The notes beneath the pieces were generated by a model, which did no database searches, was not told where the DNA came from, and saw only the letters and a program-made list of their open reading frames with translations. Shown piece by piece: positions 17,946-28,054 of a DNA stretch of 64,000 nucleotides. The stretch spans positions 113,353 through 177,352 of the forward strand of contig JAYOYH010000003.1 of NCBI GenBank assembly GCA_038153405.1. The letters run 5' to 3'. The stretch comes from Gemmatimonadota bacterium (GTDB taxonomy: Bacteria; Latescibacterota; UBA2968; UBA8231). A program made the position numbers and the translations under genes. The first letter of the stretch is position 1. The number at the start of each line of letters is the position of its first letter.

Positions 17946-19742
17946 TTACCGCCCCTCTACCTGCCGTATCCTGGCCATGAGCTGATGGCCGTATGGCTGA
18001 AAAGGGTCGATCTCGATGGCTTTTTCGGCGTGAAATGCAGCGCGCTTTACATCGCCCAGGCGCAGCGCCATGAGCCCTGTATTAAACTGGACCGTGCGAG
18101 AGTCATACGCCACGTCAGCCGCTCGGGCGTAGGCGGCTTTGGCCGACTCATAGTCGCCCCTCTCCCGCGCCTGTTCCCCCAGCATAAACCAGTAATTGCT
18201 CTGAATCTTGCGCACCCAAGGATCCAAATTATCGGCGCTCAACTCGGCGTTGGCCATTTCGATGGGTCGAGCCAGCGCCGCGCCGCGCCGCACATCGCCC
18301 TCAGGCATGAGTTGGTATACCAGTCCCGAAGGGACAAAGGCGTAATTGGGCAGCGGTGACCTCCTGCGCACGAGATAGAACAGCGGTGCGGCGCCCTGCG
18401 CCAGAGCCGCTTCGCGCTGCTGCTGCAGGGCGCGCTGCCGCCCCGGCGCAGCCCTGCGCTCGGCTGCGCTGAGCATATCCATGCCGCGGCCGACGCGGTT
18501 GTAAAGGGTCAGGTCGGGGCGCGCCTTTTCCACGCGCAGCAAATAGTCGAGAACAAAGGCCACATCGTCCCCCTCTGTCACGAGTACTGCACCGGCCGGC
18601 AGGTCGTCCAAAATATCGAGGCCGTAGCGCTCGGCAATGCGATTATTGCTGAGGTCGACTTGGTTGTACTGCCAGAAAAAGGCGGCGGCGGCAACGACCA
18701 CCCCCACGTAGCGGCCGCCCAGTTGGGGAACGCGGCGCGCCATATCGTCGAGCCCGACGCCCAGCCAAAGCGCCAAGCAGACATAGCTCACCAAAAAGAA
18801 TACGCCGATGCCGTTGGGATCGCGGTGGTAATTTAGCGCGACGATTAAATTGGCCAACAGTCCACCGCTCGTCAGCACAAATAGACTGCGATCGCGCCGC
18901 CAGGCAACGAATGCGCCCCACAGCGCAATGGGCAGTACCAGCACGTGCCATTCGTGCGCAACATGGTTTGCCCAGCGCTGCGCATTGAGCACCATACCCT
19001 CTACGGGCAAAGAAAAGAAAGAACTGCGGTAGGTCGCCCCTGTCAGATGGTCCCACAGCGCGTGTGCCGTCCCCAGGTCGCCCCAGTGAAAACCGGGGCC
19101 TATGCCATTGCGCAACGGCAAATACAGAACGAGGCTATAGGCCGCCGCCGCGCTCGCCATCCCTCCTAATAGATAGCGACCGCGCACAAGGAGCCCCGGC
19201 CAGCGCCACGCCAGGAAGACGAGCAAACCGGGCATCAACAGGATCTGGTTTAAATGCGCGGTCAAACCCAACCCCATGCACCAGCACGCCATCAGCAGCG
19301 CCCGCAGCGAATGCTGCTCGCCGGCGCGCAGCCCCCAGCCCAAAGCGAGGATCCACAGGGCCATCGAAAGGCCGTACACTTCGGCGATAATGGCCTGACT
19401 CCAATAGGTGTGGGAAAAGGCCAAGCACAGCGCCGCGGCCCCAGCGACCAGCGGCTGAATACCCCGGCTGCACAGCAGCCAAGCCAGCGCCGCACAGCCG
19501 GAGGCGCCAAAGAGTGCGGATGCGAAGTTGATTTGTAGCGCAGGACTGCCCCACGGCAGCAGCGAAGCGATCATACGCGCGCCCAGAACAAAGAGCGGAT
19601 AGCCCGTAGGATGGGGCGTGCCTAAGTAGTAGGCAGCGCCAATCAGTTCGCCGCTGCCCTCGACGTATACGGTCGGGCACAGGGTGGCAATATAGGCAGC
19701 CAACGATAGGATGCCGCATCCGAACATAACCCAGCCCTTCAT
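17946..19742 (-). CDS. DUF2723 / TMEM260-like GT-C glycosyltransferase with C-terminal TPR
   Basis: TLCPTV...SGEL...LGTPHPTGYPLF, WSQAIIAEVYGL, GLGLTAH, YLPLR; many TM helices; TPR-like C-terminus. Start trimmed to ATG 19742. Confidence 0.85.
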   Translation of the reverse strand: MKGWVMFGCGILSLAAYIATLCPTVYVEGSGELIGAAYYLGTPHPTGYPLFVLGARMIASLLPWGSPALQINFASALFGASGCAALAWLLCSRGIQPLVAGAAALCLAFSHTYWSQAIIAEVYGLSMALWILALGWGLRAGEQHSLRALLMACWCMGLGLTAHLNQILLMPGLLVFLAWRWPGLLVRGRYLLGGMASAAAAYSLVLYLPLRNGIGPGFHWGDLGTAHALWDHLTGATYRSSFFSLPVEGMVLNAQRWANHVAHEWHVLVLPIALWGAFVAWRRDRSLFVLTSGGLLANLIVALNYHRDPNGIGVFFLVSYVCLALWLGVGLDDMARRVPQLGGRYVGVVVAAAAFFWQYNQVDLSNNRIAERYGLDILDDLPAGAVLVTEGDDVAFVLDYLLRVEKARPDLTLYNRVGRGMDMLSAAERRAAPGRQRALQQQREAALAQGAAPLFYLVRRRSPLPNYAFVPSGLVYQLMPEGDVRRGAALARPIEMANAELSADNLDPWVRKIQSNYWFMLGEQARERGDYESAKAAYARAADVAYDSRTVQFNTGLMALRLGDVKRAAFHAEKAIEIDPFQPYGHQLMARIRQVEGR

Positions 19743-19744
19743 AC

Positions 19745-22177
19745 TCAGCCCCCCCATCCGAGCAGCACGCGCGAGCGCTCTACCGCCGCGGCCCACAGCG
19801 GCCACTGCGTGCACGCCCCGTAGAGCAGAGCGACCAACACGCCTTGGGCACAGGCTACGGCAAGCGAACGCGCCGTGCCCAGCGGGCGCAGCGCATGCAA
19901 AGGCGAAGCCTGCGGCGTGCGGCGCCCCATCAGGACAAGAGCAAGGCACCAAGCGGCCCAGCCCACACCACTAACCCACAGCCCCATTCGAAAACTACTC
20001 GATTCAAAGCGAAAGACGACTTGGCGCGCGCCCGGCTCGACCCGCACGGCGCGAAAGACGTGGTTGGCCCTTAAAATCGGTCGTTCGATGCCGTCGACAA
20101 AGGCGCGCCAACCCGGATAGTAAGTATCGCTCAGCACCAGCATACCGCCGCCATTATCGCGCAGATCTACCACGACCTCCTCGTTGGCATAGCGCGTAAT
20201 CTCGGCGTGCCCACCCCCCGCAGGTACGCGACCGGGAACGGGCTGTTCTTCCAGCAATACGCGCTCGACGCTAGCGGCTCCGCGCTGCAGTTGGCGCAGC
20301 CTCTCCCCGTCGTCTGTGACTACTGCGTAGTCGGCGGCAATATAGGCGCGTGGCGCGCTGTCCACGACTCGATACACCCGTATCTGGCCGTCGCTGATCG
20401 AGCGCAGACCCGATTCGTTCATCGCCCCGTAGCTAATGGCATACTCTACTCCGGCTACGCGTGCGACCTGCGGATAGGCTCTGGCAAAATCCCAGTGGCG
20501 ACTCAGATGCAGCGGACTCCACCCCGGCATGGCATTGCCCAAGCCATAAAGTCCCCCGCTATAGGGACGCAGCGTCTCGGTATACCGCCGATATGAGGAG
20601 CGGTCTACGGCCCAACCTGCGTGCCAGTCAAAGGGAGCATTTTGCTCGTTGACCAAGCTTATTACGCGGGCCGGCGCAATGCCCTGATGATCATCGGCAA
20701 TGGCTTGGGCCGTCGGAGGAACCCGTTTGTATACTTCGGGCTCGACCACGGCGTTAAAATCACCGCCGAAAGTGTAGAGTTCCAGCAGCAGGATGCAGGG
20801 TACAAATAGCACGGCCCCACGCCGAACCCACCCGGACAGCAGTACGTATCCAAACACCAGCACGAGGAACAATCGCAGTGCATCAAAGCGCAGATGTTCG
20901 GCATAGCGAACCAGATCCGATCCTCCGCGAGCGGCGAGCCACTCGCCATCGGAGACTAATACCTCTGCGTTGAGCCATAAAGCACTTGCTCCCAAAACCG
21001 CAAGAAAGACTACAAAGCCCCGGCCGCGCACTCGCCGTCTCTCTGCATCGAGCAGCGCGCTGCAGCCCAGTCCGGCCAAAGCACTTATCGCAAAGGTAAA
21101 AAAGAGCAGGAAACGCGTGGGTATGCGAAAAAAACTCAGGCCGGGTATGCCGTAGAGTAGCTCGAAAAAACCCGTGTACTCACCCAGTGCAAGCACCAGC
21201 CCTAGCCCAGCCAATAGCGCGAGAAAACCGACGGGTTCGCGGCGGTCGGCGCGCAGGGCAACCCACGCCAGCACCAGGGTCAGCACGCCGACAAAGGGGC
21301 ATAGCTGAATAAAGAAACCGGCCGAGCGACCCCAGTAGGTGCTCTGCGCGGAATTGCCGTGCAGGTTGGGCAGCAGCAGTTCCAATAGGCGTTCGGGCGG
21401 CAGCGACATATTGACAAACTGCTGCCAGGAAACTCCCTCGCTGCGCACGGAAAGCTGCGTCAGTTCATATGTCGGTAGCAGCTGCACGGCGGCCAGCGCC
21501 ACGCCAATCATCGGCACCGCGGCCAGCGCGGCGTAATACGACCAAGATCTCCGCCCCACCAACCCCATATAAAGCCCATAGGCCATGCCGACGAGCAGGC
21601 CGTATCCTGCCGCCTGCGGATGGCCGGCCAGCAACTGCAGCGCCACAACCGCGCCCGCTCCTAGCAGATAGGCCCCGTTTCCGCGCTCGACAAAGCGTCC
21701 TACAAAGATCAGCAAGACCGGCAGCCATGCACAGGCGTCTACGAAGTTGGGCGACATGGCGCGAACGACCATATAGCCGGAAAGGGCATAGGCCAACCCA
21801 CCCGTTAGGGCGGCAACGGCTTGGGCGCGCCAGAGGCGCAGCAGCCCGTACATGCCCGCCGCCGCCAACCAGAGGTGAAAGGCGAGATTGAGGCTGATTC
21901 CCCAGTGGGTGGGCAGCGCGCTGGTAAGCCAGTTAAACGGGTAGAGCGGACCGGCCTGTCCCTCGGCCAGCAGGGGAAACCCGCAGTTAATCGCCGGGTC
22001 CCACAGGGGCAATTGGCCACCGCGCAGGTGGCGCGCAAAAAAGTCGCGGAACGGGTAGTTTTGCACCATGACGTCCTGGACAAAGAAGGCGCCACCCGCT
22101 AAGGTCGCCTGCCAGAAAAAACCCACCACCACCGCGGCTAGTAGGCCCAAATAGGCGCATTCTCGCCGCCAATTCAC
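19745..22177 (-). CDS. YfhO family membrane protein (GT-C fold)
   Basis: QDVMVQNYPFR, PLWDPAINCGFPLLA, LLAGHPQ, FFRIPTRF, LVLSDTYYPGWRAFVDG...LRANHVFRAV. GTG 22177 overlaps the upstream stop. Confidence 0.88.
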   Translation of the reverse strand: MNWRRECAYLGLLAAVVVGFFWQATLAGGAFFVQDVMVQNYPFRDFFARHLRGGQLPLWDPAINCGFPLLAEGQAGPLYPFNWLTSALPTHWGISLNLAFHLWLAAAGMYGLLRLWRAQAVAALTGGLAYALSGYMVVRAMSPNFVDACAWLPVLLIFVGRFVERGNGAYLLGAGAVVALQLLAGHPQAAGYGLLVGMAYGLYMGLVGRRSWSYYAALAAVPMIGVALAAVQLLPTYELTQLSVRSEGVSWQQFVNMSLPPERLLELLLPNLHGNSAQSTYWGRSAGFFIQLCPFVGVLTLVLAWVALRADRREPVGFLALLAGLGLVLALGEYTGFFELLYGIPGLSFFRIPTRFLLFFTFAISALAGLGCSALLDAERRRVRGRGFVVFLAVLGASALWLNAEVLVSDGEWLAARGGSDLVRYAEHLRFDALRLFLVLVFGYVLLSGWVRRGAVLFVPCILLLELYTFGGDFNAVVEPEVYKRVPPTAQAIADDHQGIAPARVISLVNEQNAPFDWHAGWAVDRSSYRRYTETLRPYSGGLYGLGNAMPGWSPLHLSRHWDFARAYPQVARVAGVEYAISYGAMNESGLRSISDGQIRVYRVVDSAPRAYIAADYAVVTDDGERLRQLQRGAASVERVLLEEQPVPGRVPAGGGHAEITRYANEEVVVDLRDNGGGMLVLSDTYYPGWRAFVDGIERPILRANHVFRAVRVEPGARQVVFRFESSSFRMGLWVSGVGWAAWCLALVLMGRRTPQASPLHALRPLGTARSLAVACAQGVLVALLYGACTQWPLWAAAVERSRVLLGWGG

Positions 22178-23319
22178 CGAGCACCTTCTCCCTCGCCGCG
22201 GACGTGTTCGCACAGCGCAGCGGCGGCCAGCGCGTGCCCGCTGGCATTCCAATGGCTGTCGCGCAAATAGAGCGCGCGCTGCTGGGCGGCCGATGCAAAG
22301 CGAGGATATAAATCGAGTAAATCGATCCCGTAGCGGGAGGTGAGATCGGCCAAGTAGCGATTGGGTTTGTGCAGATCGTAGTCGGCGTCCAATCCGTGCA
22401 GCGCGCGCTTTTCCTGCCAATTGCGCTCTTCTATCTGCACGATCGACGGCGCATAGACGACGAGGAATTCGGCACCGGATTGGCGCACGGCCCTATTGAA
22501 GTCGCGCAATAGCATGCCGGTCAGTTCCCATACGGGCTGCCACTGGCCCTCGGCGTCCAGCCCGTATAGCCCGTCGTAAAACTGCGAATGCTGGGCAACA
22601 GCTCCCTCCGTCCGCAGCGCCTTTTCGACTAGGGCAAACACGTGCCAGTGCGAGCGCAAGTAGCGCTCGGCGCGCTGGCTGAGTGAACCCCCTTCATAAC
22701 GATCCGCATCCCAGTAGCGCGTTTTGCGCACCGGAACGCCCAGCAATTCGAGTCGGCCATCGCGCGCGGGGCGAAAATAGGGCTTGTAGCCCTGCTCGGC
22801 TCCAATGCCCCGCGACGAGGCATTGTTCCACAGATCGTTGCCGTAAAACAGCAATACGACAAGGTCGGGCTGGTAGACTTTCCCCAATTTCTCAAAGAGG
22901 AGATACGCCTGGTCCGTGCCGTAGCCTGCCACGCCAAAATTCAGCACTTCGACCGCTTCTCCCCTATCGCGCAGGCATGCCTGCAGACGCGTGCTGAGCA
23001 TCTGGCCGCTTTCCACCCCCCAGCCTTCGGCAAAGGAATCGCCGAACACCAGCACCCGGCGAACCCCCTCTCCCTTTTGCCGCTGATGGGCCGGCGAGCG
23101 CAGGCCGTCCTCGTTGATTTCTATGTCAATATCGAACTCGGGCGTGACAAGGCGCCCCCGCCCGCCCGCCACGTGCGACCAGCCCAACTCGGCGTCAAAC
23201 TGCCATATATTGGGCGGACGGCGATGGACTTGTGGATGCCATACCGACAGCACGCCCTCGCACAGCAGCAATCCGGCAGCGAGGGCAAAGGCAGCCAAAA
23301 GCCAGGGCGTTCCCCTCAT
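22174..23319 (-). CDS. SGNH/GDSL hydrolase family protein (AlgJ/AlgX-like, membrane anchored)
   Basis: FGDSFAEG, NFGVAGYGTDQ, YGND, DSHWN; N-terminal hydrophobic segment. Confidence 0.88.
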   Translation of the reverse strand: MRGTPWLLAAFALAAGLLLCEGVLSVWHPQVHRRPPNIWQFDAELGWSHVAGGRGRLVTPEFDIDIEINEDGLRSPAHQRQKGEGVRRVLVFGDSFAEGWGVESGQMLSTRLQACLRDRGEAVEVLNFGVAGYGTDQAYLLFEKLGKVYQPDLVVLLFYGNDLWNNASSRGIGAEQGYKPYFRPARDGRLELLGVPVRKTRYWDADRYEGGSLSQRAERYLRSHWHVFALVEKALRTEGAVAQHSQFYDGLYGLDAEGQWQPVWELTGMLLRDFNRAVRQSGAEFLVVYAPSIVQIEERNWQEKRALHGLDADYDLHKPNRYLADLTSRYGIDLLDLYPRFASAAQQRALYLRDSHWNASGHALAAAALCEHVRGEGEGAR

Positions 23320-23365
23320 TCTTCAACTCTTCGTTGCATGCGTTTAGAATGCTCCATGGACCAGC

Positions 23366-23394
23366 AAAATACTGGTCCACCTCCCCCATGTCAA
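23366..23394 (-). promoter_or_regulatory. Sigma70 promoter for the SGNH-YfhO-DUF2723 operon, overlapped by an inverted repeat
   Basis: TTGACA-N17-TATTTT; TGGACCAG-N7-CTGGTCCA (23357-23379) encloses the -10 box. Confidence 0.6.
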
Positions 23395-23504
23395 CGAGGC
23401 GCATTTGCTCACCAATAATATCCTATCTATATTCTTTTGCTGGATGTTGCACAGATAAAACACGGCTCTTCACCGGAGCCTAAACACAGCTGAATCACCA
23501 CCGC

Positions 23505-24620
23505 ATGAATCGCATTCTCGTCACCGGGGGCGCCGGATTTATCGGCTCCCATACCGTCGACCTACTGGTCCAAAAAGGCTATCGCGTTCGCATTATGGAT
23601 GCGCTACAAGAGCGCGTTCACCCTCACGGCTGGCCCAGTTACATACCCAATGGCGTCGAGCGCCTGCAGGGCGACGTGCGCCAGCGCGCCGATTGGGACA
23701 AGGCTCTCGAGGGCGTTGACGGCGTCATCCACCTGGCCGCCTACCAAGACTACATGACGGACTTCTCCACCTTCCACCACGTCAATACCGTCGGCGCGAC
23801 GCTGCTCTATGAGCGCATCGTCGCCGATAAATTGCCGGTGCAAAAAGTAGTCCTCGCTTCTTCGCAGGCCACTTATGGAGAGGGCAAATATCGCTGTGGC
23901 GAACACGGCATCCAGTATCCCGATTCGCGCCCCGATACCCAGTTGGCCCAAGGCGATTGGGAGGTCCACTGCCCGCTCTGCCAGCGACCCATGACGCACG
24001 AGCAAATAACCGAGGATCGGGTCCAACCCCATACGACCTACGGCATTTCGAAATACGCAGCCGAGTTGACTTCGTTCAGTTTAGGGCGCAAATACGATAT
24101 TCCAACGGTCAATATGCGCTATTCCATTGTGCAGGGGCCGCGCAATTCCTTTTTCAACGCCTATTCGGGCATCTGCCGCATCTTCACGCTGCGCTTGCTC
24201 AACGACCAGCCCCCCATCTGTTACGAAGACGGCCAATCCCTGCGCGACTACGTCTACGTCGGCGATGTGGCCCGCGCCAACGTGCTCTGCCTCGAGGACG
24301 AGCGGGCCAATTTCCGCGCCTTTAACGTCGGCGGCCAGTGCGGAACGACCGTCCTCGACTACGCCCGCCTGGTCGCCCGTGTCACCGGCAGAGACATCGA
24401 GCCCCTGGTCAGCGGCGACTATCGCTTTGGCGACACGCGCCACACCGTATCCTCGTGGTCGGCGCTTGGGGCGCTTGACTGGCGACCGGAAACGGCGCTT
24501 GAAGATATCGTAGCACACTATGTAGAATGGGTGAAGCAGCAGCCCGACTTGCGCGACTTCTATGCCGAGAGTGAGCGGAAAATGCGCGCAGCCAACGTCA
24601 TCCGCACCGCAGCCACGTGA
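23505..24620 (+). CDS. NAD-dependent nucleotide-sugar epimerase/dehydratase
   Basis: TGGAGFIG, HLAA, YGISK (YxxxK), RDYVYVGDVA; CxxH...CxxC insert. Confidence 0.92.
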   Translation: MNRILVTGGAGFIGSHTVDLLVQKGYRVRIMDALQERVHPHGWPSYIPNGVERLQGDVRQRADWDKALEGVDGVIHLAAYQDYMTDFSTFHHVNTVGATLLYERIVADKLPVQKVVLASSQATYGEGKYRCGEHGIQYPDSRPDTQLAQGDWEVHCPLCQRPMTHEQITEDRVQPHTTYGISKYAAELTSFSLGRKYDIPTVNMRYSIVQGPRNSFFNAYSGICRIFTLRLLNDQPPICYEDGQSLRDYVYVGDVARANVLCLEDERANFRAFNVGGQCGTTVLDYARLVARVTGRDIEPLVSGDYRFGDTRHTVSSWSALGALDWRPETALEDIVAHYVEWVKQQPDLRDFYAESERKMRAANVIRTAAT

Positions 24621-25339
24621 AGGCGATGATCCTAGCCGCCGGCCGCGGAACGCGCCTGCGCCCCCTAACCGATACCGTGCCCAAGCCGATGATTCCCTTT
24701 GCCGGCACGCCGCTGCTCGAACACATAATCAACCTGCTGGCCCAACACGGATTCTCGGAACTATTCATCAACCTGCACCACCTACCCGACGTCATCTGCA
24801 ACTACTTCGGCGATGGAACGCAGTGGGGCGTTCACATAACCTATTCCATCGAGCGCGAGCTGCTCGGCACGGCCGGCGCCGTGCGCGCCCTAGCGCACCA
24901 TTTTGACGAGCCCTTCCTCGTTTACTACGGCGATAATTTGACCAACTTCGATCTGGGTGATCTGCACCTAGCGCATGCGCGTGAAGGCGAAATAGCCAGC
25001 ATTGGACTGCTGTGGATGGACGATCCGACGACCCGCGGCATCATCGGCTTGGATGCGCGTGGACGCATCGATCGCTTTGTGGAAAAACCGCGCATGGATC
25101 AGGTATTTGACGACTACCTGATTAACGCCGGAACCTACGTGCTGAATCCGGACATCATCGACTACATTCCCACCGAGCAGCCGAGCGACTTTAGCCACGA
25201 TATCTTCCCCGCACTGCGCCGAGCGGGCGTGCCGCTGTACGGGCACCGCATGCGCGGTCAACTCCTTTCTACCGATACTTCCGACCGCTATCAACACGCC
25301 TGTCAATGCGTAGCGTCGGGCGCCTTTTCCCTTCCTTGA
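24617..25339 (+). CDS. Sugar-1-phosphate nucleotidyltransferase (HddC / mannose-1-P guanylyltransferase-like)
   Basis: ILAAGRGTRLRPLTDTVPKPM, LLGTAGA, FVEKP, INAGTY. Confidence 0.9.
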   Translation: MKAMILAAGRGTRLRPLTDTVPKPMIPFAGTPLLEHIINLLAQHGFSELFINLHHLPDVICNYFGDGTQWGVHITYSIERELLGTAGAVRALAHHFDEPFLVYYGDNLTNFDLGDLHLAHAREGEIASIGLLWMDDPTTRGIIGLDARGRIDRFVEKPRMDQVFDDYLINAGTYVLNPDIIDYIPTEQPSDFSHDIFPALRRAGVPLYGHRMRGQLLSTDTSDRYQHACQCVASGAFSLP

Positions 25340-25349
25340 GAGGTCCCAT

Positions 25350-26339
25350 TTGATCACGACGAGAGCGCCACTGCGCATACCTCTGGGCGGCGGTGGAACC
25401 GATCTGCCCTCATACTACATGGACCATGGCGGCTTTGTCCTGAGCGTCGGCATCGATAAATACGTCTACATCCACTTGAACGCGCTGAAGGTAGAAAATT
25501 TTATTCGCGTCAAATACTCCGAAACGGAGCGCGTCGACCATCCCAGCGCCATCACCCACCCTCTGCTGCGCGAGGCCCTATTACACACGCACGTCAACGG
25601 CGGCCTGGAGATTAGCGCCATGGCCGATATTCCTGGGCGCACCGGCATGGGGTCCTCCGGCTCCTTTACCGTCGCTCTGCTGGCTGCCATTCACGCCTAC
25701 AAGCGCGAGCAGGTACCCATTCAGGAACTGGCCGAAGAGGCGCATTACGTAGAAGCTGGACGCGCCGCTCAGCCCGCCGGCAAGCACGACCACTACCTCG
25801 GTGCCTTTGGCGGAGTTACCTGCCTCGACATCGATCACTCTGGCAAGGTCGACGTCTCGTCGCTGAAGCTGTCCGAGCACGTTGAAGAGGAACTGCCCAA
25901 CAGCCTGGTAGTATTCTTTACCGGCATCCAGCGCGAGAGCTTTGATATTCTATCCCAACAGAATAGAGACACGCAGGCCGGCGACAGCGCCGTCATCGAC
26001 AGCCTGCACGAGACCAAACGCATAGGCTTCGAAGTGCGCGATGCACTGGTCGAGGGCGACTTAGATCGCTTCGGACAATTGCTGCACGAACACTGGCTCA
26101 ACAAAAAGAAGCGCTCGGTGCAGATGTCCAATTCGCAGATCGACCGCTGGTACCAAATTGGCATTGAAGCCGGTGCGCTGGGCGGCAAAATTCTCGGCGC
26201 CGGCGGCGGCGGATTCCTCATGTTTTACTGCCCCGCCGAGCACCGCTGGAACCTGCGCGAACGCATGGCCCAAGAGAACTTACACGAGATGCACTTTCGC
26301 TTTGATATGGAAGGTGTCAAAGTGCTGATGAACGTCTGA
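25350..26339 (+). CDS. GHMP sugar kinase, HddA-like (heptose-7-phosphate kinase)
   Basis: RAPLRIPLGGGGTD, PGRTGMGSSG, GKHDHY...FGG, GGKILGAGGGGF; TTG start after GAGG. Confidence 0.85.
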   Translation: MITTRAPLRIPLGGGGTDLPSYYMDHGGFVLSVGIDKYVYIHLNALKVENFIRVKYSETERVDHPSAITHPLLREALLHTHVNGGLEISAMADIPGRTGMGSSGSFTVALLAAIHAYKREQVPIQELAEEAHYVEAGRAAQPAGKHDHYLGAFGGVTCLDIDHSGKVDVSSLKLSEHVEEELPNSLVVFFTGIQRESFDILSQQNRDTQAGDSAVIDSLHETKRIGFEVRDALVEGDLDRFGQLLHEHWLNKKKRSVQMSNSQIDRWYQIGIEAGALGGKILGAGGGGFLMFYCPAEHRWNLRERMAQENLHEMHFRFDMEGVKVLMNV

Positions 26340-27178
26340 TGCAATCGCTGCAGCTAGGCCGGGTGAATGTCTCGCATATACAAGGAGGCTTCTTCCGCTT
26401 GGACGGCGGCACGATGTTTGGCGTGGTCCCCAAGGCACTGTGGGAACAGCGGGCAGCGGCCGATGCACAAAACCGCGTTCGCCTTGCTTGCAACTGCCTG
26501 CTGGTCCGCACTCCCGACGTCCTAGCCGTGGTCGACAGCGGATTTGGCACCCGCCTAGATGCCCGCGCCAGAGCGCTCTACGGCATCGAAGAGCATCCCA
26601 CCCTACTCGACTCACTTGCCGCCGCCGGCGCAGGACCGGAAGACGTGGATTTGGTCGTTCTCACCCACCTGCACTTCGACCATTTGGCCGGCCTACTCAT
26701 CGGGGAAGGCGCCGACCTCAAGGCGACATTTCCCCGCGCGACCCACTGCGTTCAGCGCGGTGAATGGCGCGATGCCATGGACGGTCGCAGCACGATGAAA
26801 AGCAGCTACCGGCCCGAAGATTTACACGTGCTCGAATCCCAGGTTGCGCTCAATCTACTCTACGGCGACAGCGAGCTTACTCCACACTTGTCGACCTTTA
26901 TAACGGGCGGCCATACGGAGTGGCATCAGGGCGTAGCCGTGACAGGCGACGGTCAGCGCTTGGTATACCCCGGCGATTTAATACCTACGCGCGCCCACTT
27001 GCGCACCTATTGGAACATGGCCTATGATATGTTCCCCCTGCAAACCATCGAGCGCAAAAACCAGCTCATCGCCGACGCAGTGCGCCACCAATGGGTAGTA
27101 GCCTGGGACCACGATCCCGGCACGCCTTGGAGCCGCTTGGAAAAGCGCGATGATCACATCTCAGCGGTCACTCCCTGA
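26339..27178 (+). CDS. MBL-fold metallo-hydrolase (YtnP/lactonase-like)
   Basis: FRLDGGTMFGVVPK, THLHFDH, GGHT, GDLIPT, MAYD, HDP. Confidence 0.9.
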   Translation: MQSLQLGRVNVSHIQGGFFRLDGGTMFGVVPKALWEQRAAADAQNRVRLACNCLLVRTPDVLAVVDSGFGTRLDARARALYGIEEHPTLLDSLAAAGAGPEDVDLVVLTHLHFDHLAGLLIGEGADLKATFPRATHCVQRGEWRDAMDGRSTMKSSYRPEDLHVLESQVALNLLYGDSELTPHLSTFITGGHTEWHQGVAVTGDGQRLVYPGDLIPTRAHLRTYWNMAYDMFPLQTIERKNQLIADAVRHQWVVAWDHDPGTPWSRLEKRDDHISAVTP

Positions 27179-27187
27179 AAGCCGTCC

Positions 27188-28054
27188 ATGAACAACACCC
27201 CAGTTCATCTTCTCGACATGCCCTCCTATGAACCGCTGTCCGCCATTTTATGCTGCGATCAGTTCGATCGCGGACTCAATGGTTGGACCGGACTCATCGG
27301 CAATTACGAGGACAGTCTCGACGCCATCCTGCCGGCCTATAGCGACCTGCGCCCTCCCATGCTCAGCAACGCCAGCACTTGGGACACCGGCACGGGCGGC
27401 GCCCTCTCGGGCACCTATGCAATGAAACTGGCGACGCGCCCGCAGCGCTCTTCATTGGCCGTCGCCGTCAAGCGCCTGACCTTTCGCCGCGCGACCCGCA
27501 TCCGCCTGGAGACCTACTTCGCCTTTAAGCCTGAAGCGAGTGAACTGCGCCTGTCGGAAACGGATGTGCACTCGGTCGGCGTGCTCTTCGACCTGCAGGA
27601 CGAGCGCGAGCGCGTCATGCCGCATCTGCAGTATTTGAATGCCGTGGACGGCCAGCACCAGGCGCGCTGGCAGTACAAGCGCCAATCCCCCACCTTTCAC
27701 GCCATCGGCGGAACGGGCAAAACCGTTTCGCACTTTCACTTGGCCGAAGAAGGCTGGGAAGACGTGCCCAGTGGAGGACAATTGCTATGCTACAACGAAA
27801 TCGCCACCAAAAAAAACTGGCACTACCTGCGCGTCGGCGTCGATCTGGCGACGATGTCCTTTTGCGAATTTCAGTGCAACGATCGCCACTTCGATACGGA
27901 CGCCATAGCCCCTATGAAAATGCCGGCCATGGCCAATCTTTGGTGCATGCTCAACGTCGTGCTCTTCGCCCGTGCCGGCAGCAGCAAGCGCGCGTTTCTC
28001 TATCTCGACTCCGCGCTGCTATCTGCCGACATTATCCCAGATGAGGTTTCGTGA
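27188..28054 (+). CDS. Conserved hypothetical protein (DUF6772-like)
   Basis: Clean ORF in the operon; DQFDRGLNGW, PPMLSNASTWDTGT, LCYNEIATKKNWHY. DUF assignment is from memory only. Confidence 0.6.
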   Translation: MNNTPVHLLDMPSYEPLSAILCCDQFDRGLNGWTGLIGNYEDSLDAILPAYSDLRPPMLSNASTWDTGTGGALSGTYAMKLATRPQRSSLAVAVKRLTFRRATRIRLETYFAFKPEASELRLSETDVHSVGVLFDLQDERERVMPHLQYLNAVDGQHQARWQYKRQSPTFHAIGGTGKTVSHFHLAEEGWEDVPSGGQLLCYNEIATKKNWHYLRVGVDLATMSFCEFQCNDRHFDTDAIAPMKMPAMANLWCMLNVVLFARAGSSKRAFLYLDSALLSADIIPDEVS

